Source: Candidatus Latescibacterota bacterium
GTDB lineage: Bacteria > Latescibacterota > UBA2968 > SICM01
Assembly: GCA_965217865.1 (NCBI GenBank)
Contig: CBDCJO010000002.1
Location: forward strand, 1,888,001 to 1,952,000
DNA: 64,000 nucleotides
Reading direction: 5' to 3'
The stretch's first letter is position 1. Each line of letters starts with the position of its first letter. The notes beneath the pieces were generated by a model. That model was not told where the DNA came from and made no database searches. It saw only the letters and a list, made by a program, of their open reading frames with translations. Below, piece by piece: positions 37,200 through 48,050 of this stretch. The position numbers and the translations under genes are program-made.

Positions 37200-39899
37200 A
37201 TGCAGAACGTCAGATATCTCACTCGCTTGGCCGCTGTTGTCTTGACCGTATTGACTCCGGAGGTCTCGTTAAAGGCTGCCGAAACCCTTGAAGACGTCAG
37301 CGTTGAGGCAGGTCTTGCGGACTTGATGCCGGTCGGCGGGATGAAGGTGGATTTCGACCGGGACGGTGCGTTGGACCTTGTCCTGGCCACAAGGGAGGTC
37401 CCATCTCTAATCGTATATCGAAATATCCAGGGATCGGGACCGACCCGATTCGAAGAGGCTGGTGTGACGTTCAACCCCGAACACGAAGGGATCAGCACGG
37501 CGGCTTGGGGAGACTTTGACGAAGACGGGGACCTGGACCTGTTCACATCGACCCGGTATGGGACGAGCCGGCTATATCGAAACAATGGCAGTGACTTCGA
37601 GGACGTGGCGGCGTCAATGGGTTTGAAGAATGACGGGGCGTTGGACGCCGCCTGGGGGGACTATGACACCGATGGAGATCTGGACCTGATCGTGGGGCGG
37701 GTCGCCGATCTACGCCTCTTCCGGAACGACAGGACGAATTTCGTTGATGTGACGGGGGGAGTCGGTCTCTCCAATATCACAATCGTCTCCGATGTCGACT
37801 GGGTCGATTTCGATAACGACGGACGCCTCGATCTCTGGTGCGCCGGGCCGAGATCCGTTAACCGCCTTTTCCAAAATCTGGGGGCGATTGGGCCGGGTGG
37901 AAGCTGGGAATTTGTGGATGTCGCTCCGGATGCGGGAATCGCCGAGTCCCACACGACTCGTATGGGCGCTTGGGGAGACTACGACAACGACGGCGACCAG
38001 GATCTTTACCTCGTCAACGGTCATGGTCCGAATCGTTTGCTTCGCTACGGAAACTCGGTTTTCGAGGATGTCTCCCAAATAGGCGTCGACGACGAGGAAA
38101 GCGGGATCGGCGCAACCTGGATCGACTTCGACAGCGACGCGGACCTGGATCTCTACCTGGTCAACCTCCTTGGACCGGACCGTCTGTTCCGAAACGATGT
38201 CGATCGGTTTACGGATATATCGGGTTCACTCGGCATCGGGGGGAGAGAGGTCGTGAATGGCGTATGGGGGGACTTCGACAGGGACGGCGTGCCGGATCTT
38301 TTCGAAGCCCGGGTGGGATCTCTCCGTCTCTTTCGGGGAAAGGCAAATCAGAACGGCTCGCTTAATTTGCGTGTAGGAGATCCGGCTGGGGCACGTGTCA
38401 CAGTCAACTCGAATGGGATCCGGCAGGTTCGGGAGCTCCAGGATGGAATGGCCTTGTTCGGACTCGGCCCGCAGTCCGGAACCGAAATCGTGACCGTAAT
38501 CTGGCCTGACGGAAGCCGGATCACAAGATACCGGGAACCGGGAACCAAGATCATGCAAATCGCTCGGGATGACCGCCTTCCGACATTGGACGTTGACGCG
38601 AAGGATCTGGTCTTTGGAAAAGTCGAATTTGCGGCCAAATCCAGCTCAGTGATCTTGAATCGAGGTGAGGCGCCAATGACCCTCCGGACCGCAGGGGTAA
38701 ACCACCCCGCCTTCCGGGTCGAGGTCGACCTCCCCCAGGTTATCCAGCCCGGTGAGTCCTTAGTCCTCCCCGTACATTTTTCGCCTGGCAAACCGGGTCT
38801 CCAGACCGGGATCCTCACCGTTCAGACGGATGACCCGTGGCACGGACAGGGGTCGATACCCTTGTCCGCAACGGCCGTGGTCCCCGACATCTCCACTTCG
38901 GTCGAACAGGTGGACTTCGGACCGACGCCCGTCGGAAAATCGACCTCCTCGGAAATCGCGATTTTCAACAGGGGTGTTCGGACCCTGACCCTCTCCTCGG
39001 TGTCGACCGAAGGCCCGTTTGAAGTCGAAGGGTCTCCTTCGATGACGGTTGCCCCGGGGGAATCCCAGACCTTGTCAATTGGATTCAATCCATTCGCCGT
39101 CGGTCCGGCGACCGGTTCTCTGTTCATCCTCTCGGATGATCCGGACCGGCACGAGACATCCCTCGTCCTGGAGGGCCGGGGTCGCGGAACCCCGGTTGTG
39201 GTCCTATCTTCTCCTGAACTCGACTTTGGCGGGGTTCTGGTCGGAAACGCTCACGCGATGCCCCTCACCGTTTCCAACGAGGGGGACGATGACCTTACCG
39301 TCGGCCATATCTCCGTCTCAAATCCATTTGGGGCGCCCGATAAACCTTTTGTCCTCGGACCGGGGGAACTCACGGAGTTGGAAGTTCTCTTCAAACCACT
39401 GCAGCCCGGAGATGTTCTGAAAACACTCACCTTGACCACGGACGAAGAAACGCCCTTCCTGGGAGACCCTTCTCTGAATCCCCCTCACATCTTGAAAAAC
39501 GACGTTGTGACATTCGGCAGCGCCCGTCCCACCTCCACGGGTCCGGTCCCGGGTGGCAGCGGTCTGCTCGGCCTTCTGACCTTCCGGCCGACCGACGGTT
39601 TTACCCCCGACAGGACTACCGCTTTACGGGTTGAAGGGGTTTCCCTTCGAAATCCGTCCGGAAATTCAGAGATCGGAGAGTCCGTGGTCCTCACGATCCA
39701 GAGGGGAAAATTTGGGATCCTGCGGGGAGATATCAACGAAGATGGATCAATCGATCTGGCCGACTTCTTCCTCCTGGGCCAAGGGTTCGGCCTGCACGAG
39801 GCGGATCCCGACTTCGATGGTCGGCTTGACCTGAACGGGGATGGAATCATCGGACTTGAGGATCTTTTTATCTTTCAGGATGGAATGGGAAAAAAGTGA
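37200..39899 (+). CDS. Secreted FG-GAP/VCBS beta-propeller protein with ASPIC/UnbV-like, ASH/choice-of-anchor-D Ig-like and dockerin/EF-hand-like domains
   Basis: Signal peptide, repeated 'WGD[FY]D.DGD.DL', three 'FG.V...N.G...L' Ig repeats, C-terminal 'GDINEDGSIDLADF...DLNGDG'. Confidence 0.85.
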   Translation: MQNVRYLTRLAAVVLTVLTPEVSLKAAETLEDVSVEAGLADLMPVGGMKVDFDRDGALDLVLATREVPSLIVYRNIQGSGPTRFEEAGVTFNPEHEGISTAAWGDFDEDGDLDLFTSTRYGTSRLYRNNGSDFEDVAASMGLKNDGALDAAWGDYDTDGDLDLIVGRVADLRLFRNDRTNFVDVTGGVGLSNITIVSDVDWVDFDNDGRLDLWCAGPRSVNRLFQNLGAIGPGGSWEFVDVAPDAGIAESHTTRMGAWGDYDNDGDQDLYLVNGHGPNRLLRYGNSVFEDVSQIGVDDEESGIGATWIDFDSDADLDLYLVNLLGPDRLFRNDVDRFTDISGSLGIGGREVVNGVWGDFDRDGVPDLFEARVGSLRLFRGKANQNGSLNLRVGDPAGARVTVNSNGIRQVRELQDGMALFGLGPQSGTEIVTVIWPDGSRITRYREPGTKIMQIARDDRLPTLDVDAKDLVFGKVEFAAKSSSVILNRGEAPMTLRTAGVNHPAFRVEVDLPQVIQPGESLVLPVHFSPGKPGLQTGILTVQTDDPWHGQGSIPLSATAVVPDISTSVEQVDFGPTPVGKSTSSEIAIFNRGVRTLTLSSVSTEGPFEVEGSPSMTVAPGESQTLSIGFNPFAVGPATGSLFILSDDPDRHETSLVLEGRGRGTPVVVLSSPELDFGGVLVGNAHAMPLTVSNEGDDDLTVGHISVSNPFGAPDKPFVLGPGELTELEVLFKPLQPGDVLKTLTLTTDEETPFLGDPSLNPPHILKNDVVTFGSARPTSTGPVPGGSGLLGLLTFRPTDGFTPDRTTALRVEGVSLRNPSGNSEIGESVVLTIQRGKFGILRGDINEDGSIDLADFFLLGQGFGLHEADPDFDGRLDLNGDGIIGLEDLFIFQDGMGKK

Positions 39900-39951
39900 T
39901 TGTCGCTCTCCTTCCCACGATCACCTGATAAAACCCAAAACCCGAGAGGAT

Positions 39952-41310
39952 ATGCCCGGGACATCCACCAACGAAACTTTTGTGACAAAGGCCGACTTCG
40001 GCGACCTCAACTATGAAGGGTTGATGGACTGCGTCCACTGCGGGCTCTGTCTGGGCGCCTGCCCCACCTATCGCGTCCTCGGGGTGGAGATGGACAACCC
40101 GCGAGGACGTATCTACCAGATTAGAGCCGTGGCCGACGGAACCCTTCCCCTCAATCAGACATTCGTCGATCACATGTACCTCTGCCTCGACTGCCGCGCG
40201 TGCGAGACCGCATGTCCTTCGGGGGTCCACTTCGGTGCGCGCATGGAAGAAGCCCGGGGGATGATCGAGACGAACTTCACCCGTTCCTGGATGGGCCGGC
40301 TTCTCTGGTCCTTCGCCTTCAAGCACCTCTTCCCTTCCCCATCCCTTTTCGCCGTCCTGATCTCCGGTATGCGGTTCTATCAAATATCCGGACTTCAGTG
40401 GCTCCTCCGTAAAAGCGGATTATTGAAACGCCTGCCCGGAGGAATGGCAAAAAAGGAGTCGTTCATGCCGGACATCCCCCCCGGCCATCTCAGGGCTCCC
40501 ATACCTGAGGAAACCCCTCCTGTCGGATCCCTGAATCACCGGGTCGGGTTCGCGACCGGCTGTATCATGAGCCTCCTTTTCGGGAAGATCAATCGGGATA
40601 CCGTACGGGTCCTTGCTCGGAACGGCAACCAGGTCGTCGCCCCTTCCGGGCAGGTCTGCTGCGGGGCCCTCAACATCCACAACGGAGAGAGAGTCGTATC
40701 CAAAGACCTTGCGCGACGCAACATCGAAGTCTTCGAGCGCTCACACGTAGAGTTCATCCTCTCCAACTCGGCCGGGTGCGGAGCGACGCTCAGAGAATAC
40801 GCGGATCTCCTCGGCGACGATCCGGAATACGCGGACCGGGCCAAGGAATTCAGCGCGAAGGTCCGGGACGTCGCTGAATTCCTTTCAGAAGAGGGTTTCA
40901 CCCCGCCCCAGGGCGAGATAGAATCCAGAGTGACATATGACGATGCGTGCCACCTCATTCACGGGCAGGGGGTCTCGAAGCAGCCCAGGAAATTGCTTCA
41001 AACCATCCGGGGGGCCGAACTCGTTCCACTTCGAAACGCCGACCACTGCTGCGGGAGTGCGGGGATCTACAACCTGACGAATTCAGAGATGGCGGAGCGA
41101 ATACTCGAAGATAAGATGGAGCACGTCAAGGAGACCGGTGCCGACATCCTGGTCACCGGAAATCCAGGCTGCTTGATCCAGCTAAAGTCGGGCGTTCGAA
41201 CGGCGGGATTGGACTTGGAAGTCGTCCACACGATGGAGCTTCTGGAGCGGGCTTATCAAAACGAGGGCCAGGAGCCGGGGGTCGAAGATAAGGTGGAGGA
41301 CTCGAAGTGA
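39952..41310 (+). CDS. glcF: GlcF-like Fe-S oxidoreductase subunit (2x 4Fe-4S + CCG domains)
   Basis: 'CVHCGLCLGACP', 'CLDCRACETACP', 'CCGA', 'CCGSAG'. Confidence 0.85.
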   Translation: MPGTSTNETFVTKADFGDLNYEGLMDCVHCGLCLGACPTYRVLGVEMDNPRGRIYQIRAVADGTLPLNQTFVDHMYLCLDCRACETACPSGVHFGARMEEARGMIETNFTRSWMGRLLWSFAFKHLFPSPSLFAVLISGMRFYQISGLQWLLRKSGLLKRLPGGMAKKESFMPDIPPGHLRAPIPEETPPVGSLNHRVGFATGCIMSLLFGKINRDTVRVLARNGNQVVAPSGQVCCGALNIHNGERVVSKDLARRNIEVFERSHVEFILSNSAGCGATLREYADLLGDDPEYADRAKEFSAKVRDVAEFLSEEGFTPPQGEIESRVTYDDACHLIHGQGVSKQPRKLLQTIRGAELVPLRNADHCCGSAGIYNLTNSEMAERILEDKMEHVKETGADILVTGNPGCLIQLKSGVRTAGLDLEVVHTMELLERAYQNEGQEPGVEDKVEDSK

Positions 41311-41356
41311 ATGTCCGGTACGTTAGGCACCGACATCGGACACCTGGACCCTGTCT

Positions 41357-42043
41357 CTATATTCCCATGAAGATCCTGCTGAAGAAATAAACCGGGGGGA
41401 GGATGAACCATCCGATCAGGGAGAATTGAAGGATCCAACTGGATAAAATCAACACGATCAGGAGGATCGAAAGATACCGCTCCGCATTACGATAGACCAT
41501 CTCATGCCGAAGCGGCAGGAGACCCGAAAGGATCTTTGAGCCGTCCAGTGGAGGAAGCGGAATCAGGTTGAAGAAGGCCAGGATCAGATTGATAAAGACC
41601 GCATACTGGAGGATTCCAATAGCCTCTCCCCACTGAAAAACCCCTGCAGGGAGATACCGGAAGATCAAACCGAGGGCTGCCGCAGAGATCACATTCGAAG
41701 CCGGACCGGCCAGGGCAATCCAGAGCATATCCCGCTTGGGGCGCTTCAGGTATCGAACATCCACGGGCACGGGTTTTCCCCATCCAAAACCGACGAGGAA
41801 GATCATGACCGTGCCCAGAGGGTCGAGATGGGCCAATGGATTCATCGTCAGGCGGCCCATCAACCGCGCGGTTGAATCCCCAAGCCGATTGGCTGCCCAG
41901 GCGTGCGCAAACTCGTGCACCGTCAGAGCGAACAGGATGGCGGGAGCGATCAAAAGCAGGCGATGAATGTCTGGAAACAAACCGCTCATACACATGAAAG
42001 TATATCGATATGCGTGAGAAGTCAAGGATCTCGGCCTGTTCAA
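41357..42043 (-). CDS. Site-2 protease (M50 family)
   Basis: 'HEFAH', 'ALAGPASN', 'FNLIPLPPLDG'; true start may be ~41990. Confidence 0.92.
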   Translation of the reverse strand: MNRPRSLTSHAYRYTFMCMSGLFPDIHRLLLIAPAILFALTVHEFAHAWAANRLGDSTARLMGRLTMNPLAHLDPLGTVMIFLVGFGWGKPVPVDVRYLKRPKRDMLWIALAGPASNVISAAALGLIFRYLPAGVFQWGEAIGILQYAVFINLILAFFNLIPLPPLDGSKILSGLLPLRHEMVYRNAERYLSILLIVLILSSWILQFSLIGWFILPPVYFFSRIFMGI

Positions 42044-42124
42044 GCTTGCGTGACATCCGGGAAAAGGTTAGATTTACCGCTTCGAAAAAGATTGGACTTT
42101 ATTCAAACAGAAAGGAGTTGTGCC

Positions 42125-42379
42125 ATGACGAGAGACCGATTCGTGAAAGTGATGCTCGTACTCATCGCAGTCCTGCTTTTTGCGAACCTGGTGCAGGATC
42201 TCGTGACCATAAAACCTGCCTTCGCAGCTACCTCTGAATCTTCATCCGAATTAAATGGGCAGATCAGCGGAACCGGTTCCGCGGCCTGGGTCCTGTTCGG
42301 CAGTCAGATCTTCTATGTAAAATTCAACACCAAATACAAAGAGCTCGATATCACCGGACCGGAGACCCTGAACCTTTGA
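42125..42379 (+). CDS. Small exported/membrane hypothetical protein
   Basis: RBS AAAGGAG and an N-terminal hydrophobic helix. Confidence 0.7.
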   Translation: MTRDRFVKVMLVLIAVLLFANLVQDLVTIKPAFAATSESSSELNGQISGTGSAAWVLFGSQIFYVKFNTKYKELDITGPETLNL

Positions 42380-42485
42380 GAATCGCTTATGAACGGCACA
42401 ACCGGAGCATAGAACCCAACGTTCTCTTCTTCACCAACGAGCCAAGCCCCTATGCGCTTGGCTCGTTCCTTGTATAACAGGTAAC

Positions 42486-43529
42486 TTGAAACCTCCGGTC
42501 GAAGTCCAGGGCGTCCTTCACGTCCACTCAGCCCATTCTGATGGGTCGGGATCTGTTCACGAAATTATCGAAGCCGCGCAAGGGGCAGAGATCGATTTTC
42601 TGATCCTGACCGATCATAACACCATGCAGGCGAAGATAGAGGGGTGGGAGGGATGGCACGGTTCCACACTCCTTATGGTGGGCGAGGAAGTAAGTACCCA
42701 ATCTGGTCACTGCCTGGCCATCGGCACTTCGGACCCCACGGGTCATGGCTCAAACCGATCGTTCGGCCGGCGTCGATCGGCCGGGGAGACCCTCCGGGAT
42801 ATCCGACGGCAGGGAGGGCTCTCATTCATAGCACACCCTCATGGTCTTTACAAACCGTTTTTCAGGAAACGCGATCACTCCTGGAAGGACTGGAGCATAA
42901 ACTCTTACAACGGGCTGGAGATCTGGTCCTACATGTTTGATTGGGCGAGCCGGTTCAGAAAAAGAAGGTGGAAGGTGTGCCTTCAGGACCCGGACGCACT
43001 GATTGGGGGCCCGGACCCGAAGACCCTCGAAAAATGGGACGAGATAGGACGTAAAACAAGACTGGTTGGAATCGGAGGGGTTGATGCCCACGCACACCGC
43101 TACCCACTGATCAACCGGATCGTATTTCCTTACGCAGACCTGTTTCACACGGTCCGGACCCACGTTCTACTTGACCGGCATGTTACCGGGAATTCAGAAA
43201 TCGACAAGACCTCCATCTTACACGCGATTGGAATGGGTCATTGCTTCGCTGCTTACGAACAGCTGGGCAGAGCTTCCGGTTTCCGCTTTTCAGCACCCTC
43301 CGAGGAGCTTGAGATGGGGGATGAAGCAAAATTCCAGAAAGATATCGAACTCGTCACCGAATCTCCCGTCGCGGCCGATTTCCGATTAATCCGGGACGGC
43401 CGCCTGCACACCAGGGGACATGGAATGCGAAGGGTTTTCAAAACATCCGGACCTGGAGTGTACAGGGTCGAGGCCTGCCTGGAAGGGCGGCCATGGATTT
43501 TCACGAACCCGGTTTATCTGAGGGATTAG
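42486..43529 (+). CDS. PHP-domain (CehA/McbA-like) metallohydrolase
   Basis: 'LHVHSAHSDG', 'TDHN', 'AHP', 'GGVDAH'. Confidence 0.88.
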   Translation: MKPPVEVQGVLHVHSAHSDGSGSVHEIIEAAQGAEIDFLILTDHNTMQAKIEGWEGWHGSTLLMVGEEVSTQSGHCLAIGTSDPTGHGSNRSFGRRRSAGETLRDIRRQGGLSFIAHPHGLYKPFFRKRDHSWKDWSINSYNGLEIWSYMFDWASRFRKRRWKVCLQDPDALIGGPDPKTLEKWDEIGRKTRLVGIGGVDAHAHRYPLINRIVFPYADLFHTVRTHVLLDRHVTGNSEIDKTSILHAIGMGHCFAAYEQLGRASGFRFSAPSEELEMGDEAKFQKDIELVTESPVAADFRLIRDGRLHTRGHGMRRVFKTSGPGVYRVEACLEGRPWIFTNPVYLRD

Positions 43530-45983
43530 ATGAATCATTTCGACAGGAACCAGAGGATCGTCGGCGTCGCGGTTTTCTTGTGGTCCCTGCTGATCTACTT
43601 GAAGACCGTTGCTCCCACCGTCTCCTTTTGGGACTGTGGTGAGTTTATCTCCTGCGCCTACATACTTGGCGTCCCTCATCCCCCCGGAGCACCCCTCCAC
43701 ATCTTGATCGGCCGCATCGCCACCCTTCTGCCCACGTCCCCCGAGATCGCCTTTCGTGTCAACATCGTATCCTGTTTCTGTTCGGCTTTTGCCGTGCTGC
43801 TCGGATATCTGATCGTGGTTCGAATGCTCCGAGCCTGGATCGATATCCGGAATTTGGAGGGGCAGGTCACTGTCCTCACGGGGGCAGCAGTGGGCGCTCT
43901 GACGATGGCATTTTCGAGTGTGTTCTGGTTTAACTCTGTCGAAGCAGAAGTCTACGCCATGTCGATGCTCATCACGCTTCTGGCCATCTGGATCGCGCTT
44001 CTCTGGAGGGAGAGGGCGGAAGATCCTGGCAGCGACAGGCTCCTGCTCTTCATCGCCTACCTGTTCGGCCTGGGCGGAGGAGTCCACCTTCAGTGCCTCC
44101 TCACGATTCCGGCGATAATGCTCCTTGTTCTGTTCACCGTAAGCCGGGATAGCCCGGCATCAAAGCTGAAGATTTGGATTGCCATACCATTCATCGCACC
44201 GTTTATCGCGATGTTGACAAAAGAGGATTTGACGATTGGCGGCTTCAGCTTGGTGCGACTCCTGGGTTTCGGATTGATGCTCGCGGCCTTAATCCACCTG
44301 GCCTCTCTACGACCATCCTTCCGAAATTGGAAATTCTGGGGTCTCGCACTCCTGTTGGCGGGCCTCGGTTTTTCAACCTATGGAATGCCCATCATCCGTT
44401 CCTGGGCAGATCCGATCATCGACATGAACAACCCGGGAAATCTACAGAACTTTCAGGATTATGTTCTTCGTAAACAGTACGGCCAGACATACGCCTTTCC
44501 CAGGCGTGGTGATTTCTGGGGTTTCCAGATGAACATCTTCACTAAGTATTTCCTTCAGCAATTCCCGCACTGGTCGGGATTTTCGCTCGACGGATTCTTC
44601 CGCAGGGCCATATACGTCCCTTCCAGTGCATTAGAGAGAATCTCTTTTTCGCTCATCCCCCTGGCCGTCGGGATCGGGGGAGCGATCTGGCACGCCCGCA
44701 AAAGCTGGAGACTCTTCCTGGCCATGCTTTCCCTATTCCTGATCATGAGCCTGGGGCTTGTCATCTACCTCAACATGCCGGATCCGGAGCCCAGGGAACG
44801 CGAGTACATCTTCGTTGGGGCCTACTGTGTATTCGCCCTCTGGATCGGAATGGGCGCCGCGGGGATCGTCTTCTGGGGAACGCGAACTCTGCGAGAAGCA
44901 GGGTTCCACCGCACTTGGGTCCCCATATTGATAAGCGTTGCGATGTTCGTCCTTCCCGTGGTCATGATGGCTGAGAATTACCACGAACGCGACCGAACCG
45001 GGAATTTTCTTGCCCACGATTACGCATCCAACATCCTGGAAACCTGTGAAAAGGACGCCATCATTTTCACAAATGGGGACAATGACACCTACCCCCTCTG
45101 GTTTATGCAATATGTCAAAGGTTTTCGCCGGGATATCAGGGTTGTAAACCTCAGCCTGATCAAGACGGACTGGTATATCCGACAGCTCCGGGATCTGGAG
45201 CCCAGGGTCCCTATCAATCTCTCCGATCAATACATCGAGAGCAACTTTCAGGCAAAAACGTGGATTGAACCCTCCGATGTGACTCTAGCGGGGATCACCA
45301 TCGATGCGAAGGAAGTGCCGATTGCGAACTACCCGGCTGTGGTGGGCGGTCAGGTCAGGTCCATCCCGGTTGTGGAACAGCATACCTGGATGATCTGGCG
45401 AATTGTGGAACAGATTAAGTGGAATCGACCGATATATTTCGCCCTTACCGTTCCCGAATCCAACCACGCAGGGCTCACCCCCTTCTTCTCGTGGGAGGGC
45501 ATGGCGTGGCGTTTGACGAAACAGAAAACCCCGAGGTCAGGCAGGTTCGATCACGAACAGACCGCACACAACCTCTCTCGGGTATATCGATACACGGGAT
45601 TGAACGATCCAACCGTATATAAGGATCCCGTGGACCTTCGACTCCTGACAAATTACCAGGTCATCTTCCAAACCCTTGCCCGGAGGTATCAAGAACTCGG
45701 CCAGGATGAGAAAACCTTTGAGATTTTGAAACACTACGTAAAAGTCCTTCCCCCGTCGGTCATTCCGGTTCCGCCCAGTTTGAAACGAGAATTCACTCGG
45801 GTCCTTCATGTCGTCGCAGGGCAGCTAACCAAAATAGGCCTGAACGAGAACGCCGCCGAGGCCCTAAAAATGGCACTTCAATTCGATCCAGACTACGACT
45901 TCAACGGAATCACCCGAGAACACCTGATGGAAGCCATTCAACTCCTCGAGAGCGGTTTTTCCTCATCCCTCCTGGTCGATTAA
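43530..45983 (+). CDS. DUF2723 (TMEM260-like GT-C) membrane glycosyltransferase
   Basis: 'WDCGEF...LGVPHPPG', 'AEVY', 'REREY', 'FTNGDNDTYPLW'. Confidence 0.9.
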   Translation: MNHFDRNQRIVGVAVFLWSLLIYLKTVAPTVSFWDCGEFISCAYILGVPHPPGAPLHILIGRIATLLPTSPEIAFRVNIVSCFCSAFAVLLGYLIVVRMLRAWIDIRNLEGQVTVLTGAAVGALTMAFSSVFWFNSVEAEVYAMSMLITLLAIWIALLWRERAEDPGSDRLLLFIAYLFGLGGGVHLQCLLTIPAIMLLVLFTVSRDSPASKLKIWIAIPFIAPFIAMLTKEDLTIGGFSLVRLLGFGLMLAALIHLASLRPSFRNWKFWGLALLLAGLGFSTYGMPIIRSWADPIIDMNNPGNLQNFQDYVLRKQYGQTYAFPRRGDFWGFQMNIFTKYFLQQFPHWSGFSLDGFFRRAIYVPSSALERISFSLIPLAVGIGGAIWHARKSWRLFLAMLSLFLIMSLGLVIYLNMPDPEPREREYIFVGAYCVFALWIGMGAAGIVFWGTRTLREAGFHRTWVPILISVAMFVLPVVMMAENYHERDRTGNFLAHDYASNILETCEKDAIIFTNGDNDTYPLWFMQYVKGFRRDIRVVNLSLIKTDWYIRQLRDLEPRVPINLSDQYIESNFQAKTWIEPSDVTLAGITIDAKEVPIANYPAVVGGQVRSIPVVEQHTWMIWRIVEQIKWNRPIYFALTVPESNHAGLTPFFSWEGMAWRLTKQKTPRSGRFDHEQTAHNLSRVYRYTGLNDPTVYKDPVDLRLLTNYQVIFQTLARRYQELGQDEKTFEILKHYVKVLPPSVIPVPPSLKREFTRVLHVVAGQLTKIGLNENAAEALKMALQFDPDYDFNGITREHLMEAIQLLESGFSSSLLVD

Positions 45984-46020
45984 ACAGGACCGATGAGCAA
46001 AATCCTGGAAACAGGCGTCG

Positions 46021-46560
46021 ATGGACGAAGAAATCGCATCCCTGTCTGAAAAATTTGGCACCCCTCAACTGATCACGGAACGCCTTCCATGCGGCGACAC
46101 CGATCCCCTCTCCTCTCAACGTCAGGGGGAAGTCGCCATGGTACTCCTGCGAAAAAGCAATAAAATCCTGTTGAACACGAAGGGATTTTACCCCAGCGGG
46201 ACATTCCGCATCCCGACCGGAGGGATCAAGAAAGGGGAGCCCGTGGAGGCCGCACTGTTGCGTGAGACCTTGGAGGAGACCAATCTCGAGGTGGAAGTGC
46301 TGCGCTTTTTGGCGGTCATCACCTACCAGGTCCCCGGCCGTCCGGCGCCTTTTACAACCTACGCGTTCTTGCTCCGTGAGATCGCGGGTGAATTGAAGGT
46401 CAACGATCCCAAGGAGCGGATATCGGGATGGCTGGAAGTGGAGGCGGGGTGCTTGAAAGAAGTTGGGGAGAGACTCGCGAACCTGGAAGGAGACTGGAAG
46501 GGATGGGGCGGATTTCGCTCGGTCGTCCATCGCATCGTAGGAGATTTGTTGACCTCATAA
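46021..46560 (+). CDS. NUDIX hydrolase
   Basis: Nudix box 'GGIKKGEPVEAALLRETLEETNL'. Confidence 0.9.
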   Translation: MDEEIASLSEKFGTPQLITERLPCGDTDPLSSQRQGEVAMVLLRKSNKILLNTKGFYPSGTFRIPTGGIKKGEPVEAALLRETLEETNLEVEVLRFLAVITYQVPGRPAPFTTYAFLLREIAGELKVNDPKERISGWLEVEAGCLKEVGERLANLEGDWKGWGGFRSVVHRIVGDLLTS

Positions 46561-46586
46561 AATTCGGTTTGGAAAAAGATATTGTA

Positions 46587-46624
46587 AAGCCCCGGAGGAC
46601 CTGCCTCCGGGGCTTCCTTTTTTT
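46587..46624 (+). terminator. Intrinsic terminator
   Basis: AAGCCCCGGAGG...CCTCCGGGGCTT followed by a T-run. Confidence 0.75.
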
Positions 46625-46693
46625 CGGGACTTCGTGGCTGAACCGTCGATTTCTTCGATCAGGATGCTTTGCAGTTCGGGTACTCAAATCCGA

Positions 46694-47872
46694 TCAACAT
46701 CGTTCGACCGCAATCGCAACAGCTTCTCCCCCCCCAATGCAAATCGCGTCGATTCCAAGCGTGAGGCCTTTCTGATTCAAGGCGTTAAGCAGCGTGACGA
46801 GCGTCCTGGTGCCGCTTGCACCGATCGGATGTCCCAAGGCAACCGCCCCCCCGTGGACGTTCAACTTCTCGTGAGGGATCCCCAGTTCATGCATCGCAGC
46901 CATGGGCACGGACGAAAACGCTTCGTTGATCTCGAAAAGATCCACATCGCCGACTTTCAGCCCGAGTTGAACCATAAGACTGGAGATAGCGCCGATCGGA
47001 GCCAGGGTAAACCACTCGGGCTCCCGTGAAAAAGCGCTGTGGCCGAGGATCTTCGCCTGAGGGGTCACTTTCAGGCTCTCGACCTTTTCACCGGATAGGA
47101 CAACGATCGCGGCCGCCCCGTCGTTGATGCTGGATGCGTTTCCGGCGGTGACCGTACCCGCTTTGCCGAAGGCCGAACGGAGATTTCGAAGTTTCTCCTC
47201 GTTGAATCGATTAAGCCCCTCGTCCCGGGACACCGTCAGCGTGGACTTCCCCGCAGGGGCTTCGACCGCCACGATCTCCTCTGCGAATACTCCGGTCTCG
47301 GATGCCAAAATCGCCCGCTGGTAGCTTTCCACGGCAAAATCATCCTGATCCCTTCTCGAAAACGAATATTTTTGGGCGCAACGATCCCCGCAGGATCCCA
47401 TGTGCACATCGTTATAGACATCCCAAAGGCCATCTTTGATCATCGAGTCAATCAGAATCCCGTTCCCCATTCGATAACCGGTTCGGGCTTTGTCCAGGAG
47501 ATAAGGTGCCGCAGACATGTTCTCCGTGCCCCCGGCCCCGACAACCGAGGCATCTCCGCACTGGATCGCTTGAGCGGCCAGGATGACCGATTTCAATCCC
47601 GACCCGCAGAGCTTGTTCACCGTCATGGCCCCCACCGAGGGGCTCAATCCTGCGCCGATGGAAACCTGCCTGGCAACATTTTGTCCCAATCCCGCGCTCA
47701 ACACATTTCCGAAGATGACTTCGTCGACCTGATCCGGATGGATCCCCGATCTGTTCATTGATGCTTTAAGCGCTTCACGCCCCAGAGCCGGTGCGGGCAT
47801 CTCGGCCAGAGCCCCGGAAAATTCACCGATGGCGGTGCGTACGCCCCCTGCAAGAAAAACGTCCTTCAACAT
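46694..47872 (-). CDS. Acetyl-CoA C-acetyltransferase (thiolase)
   Basis: 'NKLCGSG', 'NEAF', 'GHPIGASG', 'CIGGG'. Confidence 0.95.
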   Translation of the reverse strand: MLKDVFLAGGVRTAIGEFSGALAEMPAPALGREALKASMNRSGIHPDQVDEVIFGNVLSAGLGQNVARQVSIGAGLSPSVGAMTVNKLCGSGLKSVILAAQAIQCGDASVVGAGGTENMSAAPYLLDKARTGYRMGNGILIDSMIKDGLWDVYNDVHMGSCGDRCAQKYSFSRRDQDDFAVESYQRAILASETGVFAEEIVAVEAPAGKSTLTVSRDEGLNRFNEEKLRNLRSAFGKAGTVTAGNASSINDGAAAIVVLSGEKVESLKVTPQAKILGHSAFSREPEWFTLAPIGAISSLMVQLGLKVGDVDLFEINEAFSSVPMAAMHELGIPHEKLNVHGGAVALGHPIGASGTRTLVTLLNALNQKGLTLGIDAICIGGGEAVAIAVERC

Positions 47873-47936
47873 ATCGATATCCTCCGAACGATCGGCGGAC
47901 GCCTTTGAACCCTCTGGCCTATAATATGGCCACAAG

Positions 47937-48050
47937 TTGTGGGACCGGTCTCTAGACCGGGAACCTGGCTCTGTATGGCCAGGTCCATTCAACAATGGAT
48001 TTTCCGTTGGCCAGATGCCCTTATTCCCCGACTGGAGTCGGGTCCCACAA
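47937..48050. repeat. REPIN-like element, copy 1
   Basis: TTGTGGGACCGGTCTCTAGACCGGGA ... TCCCCGACTGGAGTCGGGTCCCACAA form an inverted pair; a diverged copy sits at ~56773-56882. Confidence 0.75.
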
